A stretch of 63,158 nt of DNA, the filler included, from Asterionella formosa (taxonomy: Eukaryota), in assembly GCA_002256025.1 (NCBI GenBank). It is 15 parts of 15 records of this genome, joined end to end, with 100 filler letters (N's around TTAATTAATTAA, not from the genome) between each part and the next. Parts side by side here need not be neighbours in the genome. Positions count along the whole stretch, not along the records: positions 50,198 to 51,550 come from NKIB01002869.1; positions 51,651 to 53,002 come from NKIB01002870.1; positions 53,103 to 54,454 come from NKIB01002871.1; positions 54,555 to 55,905 come from NKIB01002872.1; positions 56,006 to 57,355 come from NKIB01002874.1; positions 57,456 to 58,805 come from NKIB01002875.1; positions 58,906 to 60,255 come from NKIB01002876.1; positions 60,356 to 61,708 come from NKIB01002877.1; 7 more parts are not named here. The stretch is one strand, 5' to 3'. Every line of letters starts with the position of its first letter. Within the stretch, counting starts at the first letter, position 1. The position numbers and the translations under genes are program-made. Under the pieces are notes generated by a model that worked only from the letters and a program-made list of their open reading frames with translations, was not told where the DNA came from and did not search any database. Shown in pieces: positions 50,098-61,708 of this stretch.

Positions 50098-51128
50098 NNN
50101 NNNNNNNNNNNNNNNNNNNNNNNNNNNNNNNNNNNNNNNNNTTAATTAATTAANNNNNNNNNNNNNNNNNNNNNNNNNNNNNNNNNNNNNNNNNNNNCGG
50201 TTGCCTTTCTCGTTTTCTTCCTGTATATGTTTAACTGGTATGTACGGAAGTGTAGGAGCGGTCGTCATCTGATGAGTCGCTATCGTTGCTCATTTCATCA
50301 GGCAGATACATATGGATGAGTACCCTGGCATGCTACCACAAACCACTCAGTGCATCCCATCATTTTCTTATTGGTAGTAATCGGGTTTATTAAAATAACG
50401 ATACACATGTAATAAAATTCTAGTGCTATTTCTATTCGCTAAAAGTTTCGGCGCGAGATTTGACTATTCTAGGATTTGGTCGATGCGGTGGGGAAAAATA
50501 TGAAAAATTCGACTATTGATAAAAACATTCTCAACCAAGTGACGTGTATTGATATTTTCAACTGCAATTGGCTTTGGTATTTGGTCGATGCGGTGGCGAT
50601 GCTCTAAGGATCAGGACCAACAAACAAATGTTGCTGTTCGGCAGTTGGTTAGCTAGTAAGTAGGGACGAAGATTGAGAATCGTTGAAATAATCATATCTG
50701 TTGAGTTAAGACTTGAAATATTCCTCCCCATTTACCGGTACAAAGATATGGAAGACCATCGAACATGCTGTCATTGTCGCTCTATCCTAAAGAGACATTT
50801 CCAATAAATCCTAACCGGCCATCCGAAAACGATTTTTGATACCCGGTTTTCCCGTCAAGTCCCACCAATTTTTTATGATGATGGACGAGACATTTTCCTC
50901 GTCGTGACTGAACAATTACGAAATTCTTCAACTTCATTCGTATAACTAAACGAATGACCGAAAACGAGAATGCCTCTTTTATGGTAGGGACTCGTGCTTG
51001 TTTGTTTGGTTTGTTCCATCTGGTTCAACAGTTGAGTACAAAATATGCTGATGGGGTAGTATACAAGATAAGAATCATAAAATTCCAAAAACGACAACAA
51101 GCGGTAGTGTTCCAAATCAAACAACAAA

Positions 51129-51550
51129 ATGAATGATTATAATTCCAAATTTCGCGAGCAACAACTGGAGAATTGCAATCCTCAGAATTCTACCGAGATG
51201 AGGAAGGATTTGATGCAATCGCTCAGTTTTCAAGCATCAAAAATGATCGAGATGCACCGATCACCATCAACCATGCCATTGGTTTCGATGGAAACTGCGA
51301 TGCTCACTGATAGACTGAAACGAGTTCGGTTCCGCCTTCCCGGAGGCCTGGATGCATCATTACTCGTATTGAAAATATCAGATACTGATTCTGAAACGTA
51401 CACACCGCCTGCAAAGAGACGGCGCTTTGAGCGACGCAACTCACAAACAGCAGCGATGCTTTCAATGATACAGCAAGATTTCAATTCTAGCATCTCCTCC
51501 CTTGATGATTCATTGAATGATAGCGATTCCTGGGGCGGATCAACAGACTC
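51129..51550 (+). CDS. Hypothetical protein (partial, runs into gap) with diatom-typical KRVRF and KRRRFERRNS.T.AM motifs
   Basis: Open frame of 140 codons up to the gap, with basic NLS-like motifs. Confidence 0.6.
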
Positions 51551-51987
51551 NNNNNNNNNNNNNNNNNNNNNNNNNNNNNNNNNNNNNNNNNNNNTTAATT
51601 AATTAANNNNNNNNNNNNNNNNNNNNNNNNNNNNNNNNNNNNNNNNNNNNTCATTGATACAAAATTGATACCTTTTTTTGCCCCCTCCAAAAACGGTATC
51701 AGTGATACTGACGTTTTCACGCGGGTATCATTTCCGTTGTCACTAATAAAATAACCGAAAATAAGCCTGCAAGGCAAGGCACCAGTGATAATATTAATGG
51801 CATATACTATTCCTTCAATTTTATGCTGGCTGCGTATGCACATCGTCCAAGCAACACCATTGATACAATTATACAGCACCAGACAGAAAGTTATACTTGG
51901 CGATCTTATAACTCCCAAGTGTGTTTGTGTATTTGTTACTACAGATCAGTCATTTGAATCTCCCTGAAGATACTACAAGCAAGGCAA

Positions 51988-53001
51988 ATGGAACCGCATA
52001 GTATGGAACCGCATAGTATGGAACCAGTCACACAAATGCAAACAACAACTGTTGATGTGGAGACCACTGTATGTCAAAATCGACCCACCACCTTCAACGA
52101 TAGTACAATGCAGCCTCTTGCTACAGATACTGAAGTCGATCGATTTGTTGACTCCCTCATACTTCCTGATGACTTTGTGCTTGATAGTGAAAGGACAAAG
52201 GTGATTTTCATCAAAGGTGTTGCAATGAAGCAGATCTCGGTCAAGGTTCTCCGAAAAATTTGCGTCAGATACAAAGTTTCTGGATACAAAAATGCGAAGA
52301 AGGCTTTCACTGTTGCTTTGATTGCTCGACTTTTGAAGAGAGACAGCTTGTCACAGAGGATATACCCTAGATCTTTCATTGTCAATGAATCAGACATTGA
52401 ATTGGATAGTGATAATGACAATCACAAAGATTCATCAATTAATGATGATGAATTCAAAGTCGATGAAGATTGCGAAGATGATAATGATGAAAGGAACGAA
52501 AAAGTTCAAGAGGCAACAGCAGTGCAGCCACATGAGTCTTTGGTAGATCCTCAGTTTGAACAAGAGGTAGTGAACCCTCCTGTAAAAAAGGCGAAAAAGA
52601 ATAAGGCACAGGCAAAGTCAACCCCTCCAGATGCTGTGACCTGCATCAACACATACTTCCGTCTCATTATTGTCTACATGTGCAACAAGCATCGCAGTGA
52701 TGTTTTGCGTCTAGGTCAGCCACCAACTCTGGCTGAACTTGATGCAAGAAGATTTCGACACAAGTTCATTTTCGATCGACTTGTTGTCACATATAATGAT
52801 GATGAGGATGACGACTGCATCATTCTAGCATTTCCCGAAGATGAATACTGGGACCAAGTTGGAATTGATGCTGACTACGCAAAAAAATATGATGTCCTCA
52901 CTTCCAAAGACTTTTCATTGGTAATGGGATACATTAATCATCATTATCAAGTTGCCTATCGAAAAAACAAACAATCAGGCAATCATGATGATTTTGTCAA
53001 A
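51988..53001 (+). CDS. Hypothetical protein (partial), probably transposon-associated
   Basis: Open frame of 338 codons up to the gap, with an acidic linker, a KKAKKNK basic patch and a C-terminal YFRLI..ELD..YND..QSGNHDDF domain. Confidence 0.6.
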
Positions 53002-53102
53002 TNNNNNNNNNNNNNNNNNNNNNNNNNNNNNNNNNNNNNNNNNNNNTTAATTAATTAANNNNNNNNNNNNNNNNNNNNNNNNNNNNNNNNNNNNNNNNNN
53101 NN

Positions 53103-54086
53103 CATCAGGGGCATAATACGTCCCAGGAATACGAAAATGGTGAATACGACCGAAGTCGTCCTGTATGCTCCATTTAACCGTTCCCTTTTGCAATACCGCA
53201 ATTGGGCCTCCAACTCCGCTGATTTCAGCATGAACTGGTGTAGGCACTCCCACAAAATCCGTGCTGCAGTTTGTCACACACTTAGAGCAACAATTGTCAA
53301 TCATCAACATATAACTATCTGAATCAAAAGGTGGGGTAACCGGGCCGGCTCGTGACGTGGTGGACATACCAATCCCAAATGACAAGGGCTGATCCATAGG
53401 TGCTGAAATCCGCAGATATTCCCGTGGCTTTCGGTAGACACCGGACCCTTGCTCCCCGGAAACCCCTGATCGGAAAACTTTTGTCTTTCGGAATTTCATG
53501 CGACACGTGGGTCGTGCAAGGGCAATCTCTAACTGACACAAGGTGGTAGTGATAGCCGAACACCCTCTTGCACATACTCTTGACATTAGTGATATCATCT
53601 TTGAACGATTCCGCTTAGGAATGTATATAGTACGAAATGGGGTCCTACAGGTGTCATCCAACACTGGGCATAGCACTGGGATGCTAGATACAAGCACAAG
53701 TGCCCAGCATACCCATAGGCACATCATCACGGTATGGCCAAAGAACTCGGACAATAAGGTCATGCACGCTGGCCCACAGAGAATGAACTGATAAAACCAA
53801 TAGCTAAGTATGCTATTTAATTTGCTTATCATTCCCCGGCCACCTTCCTAGCCGGTAACTGACATATCCTCTCCACCTTGATTAGAATCATCATCGTCAT
53901 CATTTCCCTCCATGATGCTGGCCAGGGCAGTAGAGAGGGCGATGGCCTCGGCAGATTTGTCTTTGGGCTTCTTTGGGATCTTCACTGGAGGAGACATGCC
54001 CTGTGGGCTCAGGTTACACTCCTTGGCGGTGTGCACCGTCCAGGAGGCGTGATTAGAGCACCAATGATACTCTTTGGTGTCTACCG
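53103..54086 (-). mobile_element. Copia (CoDi) gag C-terminus plus protease region fragment
   Basis: KEYHWCSNHASWTVHTAKEC (Gag), an in-frame TAG at 53850-53848, then FDSDSYMLMIDNCCSKCVTN..DF..GVGG..KGTVKWSIQDDFGRIHHFRIPGTYYAP. Confidence 0.85.
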
Positions 54087-54454
54087 CATCTACAACGCCG
54101 ATTACTGGTACAGCCGCCACAAAAAAAACGCTAGTCAAATATGATCACCCAAATTAATTATTTGGGTGGCCCAATATGACGAATTTAGCTACGTACATAT
54201 TTAAGGGTATGACATCACAAAAAAATATGATGCATGATACAATATATATATGGACTGAGTGAACTAAAATAGTTTCGACAACTTCCATAATTATTTTAGA
54301 AACCCACATAATTTTTGGGGCCAACTGACAATATTTTCTTGCGACACGAAGAAAAATTTGTTCAGTAATAATCTCTATAATACGGTACTTTTCTCGACAA
54401 TTCGCAACATTTCCGTTCACAAATATTCTTCACTCTGACTACCATTAATTCTGT
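54087..54454 (+). mobile_element. End of a young inserted element (family C), near-identical to 57735-58100
   Basis: CATCTACAACGCCGATTACTGGTACAGCCGCCAC... runs about 365 bp with only a handful of differences and interrupts the Copia gag. Confidence 0.8.
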
Positions 54455-55424
54455 NNNNNNNNNNNNNNNNNNNNNNNNNNNNNNNNNNNNNNNNNNNNTT
54501 AATTAATTAANNNNNNNNNNNNNNNNNNNNNNNNNNNNNNNNNNNNNNNNNNNNGCAAGTGTGTATGAAAGATATCAGTGTGAATGTTTTTGTAAATGTA
54601 TTGTCTGCACCAATTGAACTGAACAAAACTACTGAATGAAGAACAAAAACTACCAAAATTACCAAAACAACAAAAACAACAACATGAAATTCTATCAAGT
54701 TCGGTTTGCTCGCTGTGAAATGTTTCCTTAGAAGACACACTCGATCGTTCAAGTAACAACTGGTTTGGGACCCAGTAACCCCTACGGAGGTACGCCCTCG
54801 AGTTCAATTGTCTTCTTCTGGTCTCATCTCACAACAGGTAGACCGTTCTAACAAACCAAATGAGGCGGCGAATTACAACAATTTATTATTATAGAGCTAA
54901 AGTCTTATGAAGCTTTTCTTTTCGTGGATGACTATTTTGTATTATAGCAGGAGGCATAACCTTTTTTTCGGTTATGATATGACAATAACTTTGTCTTATA
55001 GAAGCTATAGAACGATTGGAGTTATTTCATTTCATTTCATTTTATCGGTATCGGTATCGGTAGTCTTGAACGAGAGCATCATCATTGGGTTTTAGGGTTT
55101 TAGACAACGAATAAAGTGAACAACACTTGTTGCGATTCAAGACCTTAGCGACCGTAACTGATTTAAAAACTGGGCACCAACAGGCTTAGTGGCAGGCAAC
55201 AGGCAACAGTTTCTCACCCGCCGTACCGTGATCTCCCAGGGAACCAACGTATAAATTAAATGTTTTCAATAAGAGGGAAAAATCCCCGAAGGCTCTTTTC
55301 CAACCAGACATGAGTTTGTTTATGTCAACGTAATCTCCAGAGTTCAATGAATCGAGCATGCTTGCCACACCGGACCAGGCGTACAAGTATCGAATAGGCT
55401 TTTGATCGGGTAGAAAAGAAAAGA

Positions 55425-55490
55425 AATCAGATGAAATCAGATGAGATCAGATGAGATGAAATGAGATCAAATCAGATCAGATCTGATCTC
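55425..55490. repeat. Pentamer-based microsatellite (AGATG/AGATC/AAATC variants)
   Basis: AATCAGATGAAATCAGATGAGATCAGATGAGATGAAATGAGATCAAATCAGATCAGATCTGATCTC. Confidence 0.8.
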
Positions 55491-56382
55491 ACGAAATAAT
55501 CATCTCGTAATTAAAATCAAAAATCATCCAATGTTCCAACTTTGAATTACATATTTGTTGAACAGTTGTTGATAGGAGGCACAGTCCTTGGACACTTCGC
55601 TACCCGATGATGGAAATATAATGGAACCATTTTGATGCAGACAATGGACAGTGGATTGTGTGGACACAAAATATCGAGAACTCTCATGGAAGCTTTTTTG
55701 CAGAGCTGATGTGACCGCGGGTGACCGCACGCTCGCGTATTCGACTTTGGTATACTACCAGGTACCGGTAGCATCAGAGCAGCTTCTGTCAAGTCGACAG
55801 GACAAGGAGGAGGAGTTAGCGCAGCAATTTGAGTGAATCGAAGAATTCATGGAAGGATTCAGACTTGTCATTGTATCGTGCATCGAGCATCGAGCATCGA
55901 GCATCNNNNNNNNNNNNNNNNNNNNNNNNNNNNNNNNNNNNNNNNNNNNTTAATTAATTAANNNNNNNNNNNNNNNNNNNNNNNNNNNNNNNNNNNNNNN
56001 NNNNNTCGAAGCTGTGGGACTCTCTCGATAGCGGCGATACTTGGAAGCGGGTTGAAATTTCGAAACTTATGGAAAGTGGTGCAGATGATTTGAGCAATAC
56101 TGTATCAAGGCGGGCGAAACGATCGACGTGAATAGACAAAAATATTTCATCGACCATGACTCCATCGTCATGCAGCATTATGTTTATTATCCACCATGCG
56201 AGCCTGAATGCCCCGAAGTGATGTTCCTGCTTTTACTGGAATATGTACTTTTAGCTTCTACTGGATTAACATTTAACAATCATTGTATACTAATCTGGTA
56301 CATACATGGGTATTTGTGGAGTATTGTTACCATTTATATACCCACATACATATATATATGTATATATTTACATATATATGTG

Positions 56383-56452
56383 GGGGGAATAGCTTACCGG
56401 TAGTTGGGTAGCTCACCTTCTTGTGTGGTGAGTTTGATTCCCGCATTCTCCA
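56383..56452 (+). pseudogene. tRNA-derived relic (tRNA-Ala-like ends; tRNA pseudogene or SINE head)
   Basis: GGGGAAT pairs with ATTCTCC(A). A-box-like TAGCTTA[CCGGTA]GTTGGGTAG and T-arm GTGAG-TTTGATT-CCCGC with CpG-type decay are present. The anticodon arm is largely deleted. Confidence 0.55.
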
Positions 56453-57734
56453 CCTGCTTTGATAATGTAGTCCCTTGGGTCTGGGTGATGAGGCAGACAA
56501 CAAGCAGTTCTAAGAGCCCTCTTGGGGGCCAAGTGCAACTTCACAACCTCCACAATTGTCGAATCCTATAACAATAGCATAGTATAAAACTTTACATGCA
56601 ATAATTTGTATATATATACATATATGTGTGTGTGTGTGCAATCAGTAATTGGACCATTCAAAATTATTTTGTTTCATATTCTCCTGGTTTTGCATGCACT
56701 CCTTGGATGACAAGAACATTTATGGACAGACAGTCCCATGAAACAAGAAGCAATACTCTGATCAATCACATGATTGACAAGTTGACACAGCCAGGCCCCT
56801 GTGATTGTCTATCTAAAGCTAGTGGTTTAGAAAAAACGACAAAACATACAAGAATGTAATGTATCTGTCATTGAAAGCATCCAAAACTCTATAAATATCA
56901 ACTTTGCAATCTTTACTAACCATGTCCAGTGGCAAAGGCAGCATCCTTCTTGTGTAAAAGATGCTGCTTAAAGAAGTGCAAGAACAAGAAATGGAACTGG
57001 CTCTGGCATGATAATTTAAATAATCTTAGAAAATCTGAGCATGTGGAATTCTTGCTGTGTCCTACTATGAAAGCAGTACAAATTTGTTAGCTCCTTGCTT
57101 CCTTGTCATATCTACTGGCTGTCACACAAAATAGTATACAGAAAAATATGACGCAAGTCAAGAGAGGGCGGCAAATTATTGTGGATTTAAGAATAAGCAA
57201 GAAAATAGTACATTTCAATGCTACTGTATTTATATTAAATTATCAACGATCGTGGAGAGCCCATCATCCGCCAATTCTTACATTCCTCCATATGTACCGC
57301 ACCCTTCACATTAGCATCTCCCCTCGCTTTGACGGAGGTATAAAGTTACATTGATNNNNNNNNNNNNNNNNNNNNNNNNNNNNNNNNNNNNNNNNNNNNT
57401 TAATTAATTAANNNNNNNNNNNNNNNNNNNNNNNNNNNNNNNNNNNNNNNNNNNNCAATCATCATGACCTTGCTGCATGTAGTCTGGTTACCTCCCGCTT
57501 CTCCATTGTTCCCAAACCTCTCTCCTCCTCTGGTGGTGGTCCCCCCTCCACCGCCCCACGCCCCACCACATCCTCCTCTACCTACCCTGATGGTAGTGGT
57601 CTTCTTGGTTCTGGCCGGTTGGTTGGCGATGCTCTTCCTCCTTCTCCACCTGTGGTGCCACCTGCTGAGTCCTCTTCTCCAGCGGCGCCTATTCCTCCTT
57701 TGGTCTCTTCCACTCCCTCTGCTGCTGCCCGCCA

Positions 57735-58100
57735 CATCTACAACGCCGATTACTGGTACAGCCGCCACAAAAAAACGCTAGTCAAATATGATCACCCAAA
57801 TTAATTATTTGGGTGGCCCAATATGACGAATTTAGCTATGTACATAATTTAAGGGTATGACATAACAAAAAAATATGATGCATGATACAATATATATGGA
57901 CGGAGTGAACTAAAATAGTTTCGACAACTTCCATAATTATTTTAGAAACCCACATAATTTTTGGGGCCAACTAACAATATTTTCTTGCGACACGAAGAAA
58001 AATTTGTTCAGTAATAATCTCTATAACACGGTACTTTTCTCGACAATTCGCAACATTTCCGTTCACAAATATTCTTCACTCTGACTACCATTAATTCTGT
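57735..58100 (+). mobile_element. Family C element end, second copy (continues rightwards)
   Basis: Near-identical to 54087-54454 but with a different left flank (Pro/Ser-rich ORF fragment). Confidence 0.8.
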
Positions 58101-58905
58101 TAGTTTGCTCCCATTTTATCTTTACTTTGATCACATTAATACCTCAAGGTTAAACAAATATATATGCTAGTCAAACAAATAATTATGTGTAACCAATTCA
58201 CTTTTTCAATTTCATTCTACAATCGCAAAATCAATCAAATTAATCGCTTCGCTATATAGTTTATATTGATACCGGTACTTTCTATAGAACGTGATTCTCT
58301 AACCAATACGACAAGCAATGGATGTTCATTCTTGCAGCTGGATGCTGTAACTTAACGCAAGATTGCTTGGCTACTCATAGTACTTGCAGGAATCCATGTT
58401 ACTACTACCGGTAGATCAATTCATAGCAAATGAGCCGGCTGCTCATTCTCATTGCTCGGATTGATTGTCTTTTGTAGAAAGAGGGAAACATTTGCAGAGT
58501 GAGTTGATGAGAAAAAAAAGTTACGAAGCCATGATTTCGTTTCTGCTGTGCTCCTTACCATGTTCCCCAATGGCCAACCCAGCCCTGATCATATGATTGT
58601 CTGCAATCAGTGAACAACGATCGTAGAGTGAGTTCATGAACAAACAATCGTTACAAAGGCATCATTTTCGTTGTGCTTAGCTACCATGCCGCAGCCTGAT
58701 TCCCAACAAATCTCTCGCTCAACAGATTGATTGTCTGTAGACAAAGAACAGCGTTTGCAGAGTAAGTTCGTGATCAACAAGCAAGTAACAAGCACACAAT
58801 CAAGCNNNNNNNNNNNNNNNNNNNNNNNNNNNNNNNNNNNNNNNNNNNNTTAATTAATTAANNNNNNNNNNNNNNNNNNNNNNNNNNNNNNNNNNNNNNN
58901 NNNNN

Positions 58906-60255
58906 ATTTTTCATTGATGAAGTCAACGGAGCTATATTGACGACATCAGGTGGCGCAGGCTTGTGTATAGATTGATGATGCCGAAAGCATTGCTTCCTTT
59001 TCCGGTAGGTATCTATTTGTCAACATTGTTTGATTTAATCCATTCTTGTTCCCGCAAGAACAGAAGCAATTATCCCTTTACTTCTCCTCCCAAGAACCTT
59101 CATTTCTCTTTCACAATTGTCCTGATGTTTGCAGATTATTTTTAGTTCCCTTTTGATTTTTCCACTGGTTTCGATGCCTTTTGCATTCAAGTCAAGAAAC
59201 AAGCAACTCATTGAGATTTTTGGAGGTCTCGGTCAGTGGCACCATAAAGCAACAATCAACAGATCATGGCGGCTGTTCTACATTTTCTGTAGCAGCCATT
59301 CTACCATTGCTTCCTCTCAATCAATTCTAGTATATCTAATGAAAACCGTAATTAGATGAAATGTGACTTCCGGTTTCTAATATTTTACATTGTTGCACTA
59401 CTGAAACTTGAATCCATAAATGGGCATTCAACTTGTGCTTGCTTCTTGCATTTTTGCAGTATAGACTGGCTGGTGGGTGATAGGCCAAGCAAAGTGTCTC
59501 GCTTTTCATGAACATCTACAAGTTACAAGTGCTTTTGTCGAGGTTTGTATCTAATACCAACTGCTGCCATCCATTGAAATATTCCAGATACATCAAAGAA
59601 TACGCTCCTGTCTTTAAAGGTAAGGAACTAGAACGATGACAAAGAAAATCTAATGAGACATGAAAATTATGAAACCAGAATCACTCTGTTACTATAAATA
59701 GCTAGACAATGGTCTCATGCTTCTTTGTGCATATCGCCTGCTATGCTGCGTTTCAATTCTAGATGTATTACGCTCTTGTTAGAGAGACAATGTTTCGGAG
59801 AAGTAGATTGTGCTGTTCTATAATGGATGTTGTTTAGCTATGATTGAGGTTGTAACACTGATTGATGCTCTGGTGACAGACCGGCCGGAAATATTCGTCT
59901 TGTGTGATGAGCCATTTCGTTTTCATTGGATTTCTTTTCAAGCTCTTAACCGATTGCATAGTACGAACATACTGTACAATGTAAATGATGATTTATCGAA
60001 GACATATGATGACTTGAACGACAAATGAAGATTTTATCACAAACATTCGTTCCTCTCGACAAGGCTGGTTTGTCGTTGTTGCAAGAATCAGAGTGAGGAC
60101 TGGCGAGGATGATGAGCCAAACCACATTACTCTAACTGGTACATTATCCTACCAAGAAATTTAAATAAAGGAACCTAAAAGAAACAATACATATAATAAT
60201 TAAATTTCCATAGTCAAAAGGGTTAATATTTAAATTACGAGGGCATTTATCAAAA
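58906..60255 (+). mobile_element. Repeat family A copy
   Basis: Inverted match to 11093-11965 followed by a direct match to 5160-5990. Confidence 0.85.
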
Positions 60256-60355
60256 NNNNNNNNNNNNNNNNNNNNNNNNNNNNNNNNNNNNNNNNNNNNT
60301 TAATTAATTAANNNNNNNNNNNNNNNNNNNNNNNNNNNNNNNNNNNNNNNNNNNN

Positions 60356-61708
60356 AAAATGGTGCTCTGCAAACATCATCAGGACAATTGTGAAAGAGAA
60401 ATGAAGGTTCTTGGGAGGAGAAGTAAAGGGATAATTGCTTCTGCTGGTCTTGCGGGAACAAGAATAGATTGACCCAAACAATGTTGACAAATAGGTACCT
60501 ACGGGAAAAGGAAGCAATGCTTTCGGCATCATCAATCTATACACAACAAGCCTGCGCCACCTGATGTCGTCAGTATAGCTACTTCGACTTCATCAATGAA
60601 GAAGTCAATGGGTGGAGCATGTGAGGAAAATCGGGGTTGAGGTTCTCTAGACGCCAACGTGGATCTGCTTGGCTGAACTCCTTGCAGATGAAGGCATTGA
60701 GTAACCTGGGCCTGTGAAGCCGAAGAATAAAGAAAAATCTACGACAAGGGTGGTGAGATAGTGTTTAGGAGGGGGGAGCAAAAGATATCATAGCTGAACG
60801 CATTCGAAACTTGTATAGACAATAAATGGTGACATGCCATGGCTGCTCTTGGCTGACAGCTGCCAAGTCAAGTACAAACACAACGAGCCAGGGTGCACAA
60901 AAGACAGTCCATGACTGGCTGATACTTAGTTGTGAGACTCACCATTCTCCAATGGGGTGGACTTTGATCATTGCTTCGTTCAAAGCACAATCAATTCGAA
61001 TGCTGTCCAGTGAAACAGCCAATGAAAACAATTGTGGCGAAAAAGCGCAGAAAAGATCAAGAGCGAGATTTCATAGGAATTAAAATAACAACAGCAGGGC
61101 ATATATGATGCACTGCTCCTTGTGTAGACTAGCTATATTTGATCATTTCCATATTTCATACTATACAGGTGCATGGATGACTCCTCCCGCCCTTTCATTA
61201 GATATGCAGCCATGTTGCGATAATTCTACAGGACCTATAGGATTGGTAGTCTGGTGGTCATCATTTCCGCATTGTATATACCAGTAGGAGTCACCATGTA
61301 TGCATGCATGCTGCGATAATTCTTACAAGACATAAAAATTTGGTAGCTTGGGGGTTATCACTTCTGTACTGTATACAGGGGGAGGAAGGGGTTGCATGCA
61401 TGAGCAACTACTCCGGTATAAACTATGATATTTAATCAATGAATTTAGATTCGTTTATCCTATAACTTTGATCATAACATATTGATCATATGATGAATGG
61501 TGTCGTTGATGAGAAAATGAACGATCAACATTTATTTTCAAGAATCAGGATCAATTGATCTTAGAAATATGATCAAATGATCCTAAACACATGAGCATAT
61601 TCAGTTTTCCGCTGCACTATTGTGGTATTTCCATGATGGAAGTAATTACCAGCAATTATACAGGACTACCGGTAGGCCATATGAATTTTGGTCAATATGT
61701 CTATATAC
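60356..61708 (-). mobile_element. Repeat family A copy
   Basis: Direct match to 11727-12515 followed by an inverted match to 7780-8340. Confidence 0.85.
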
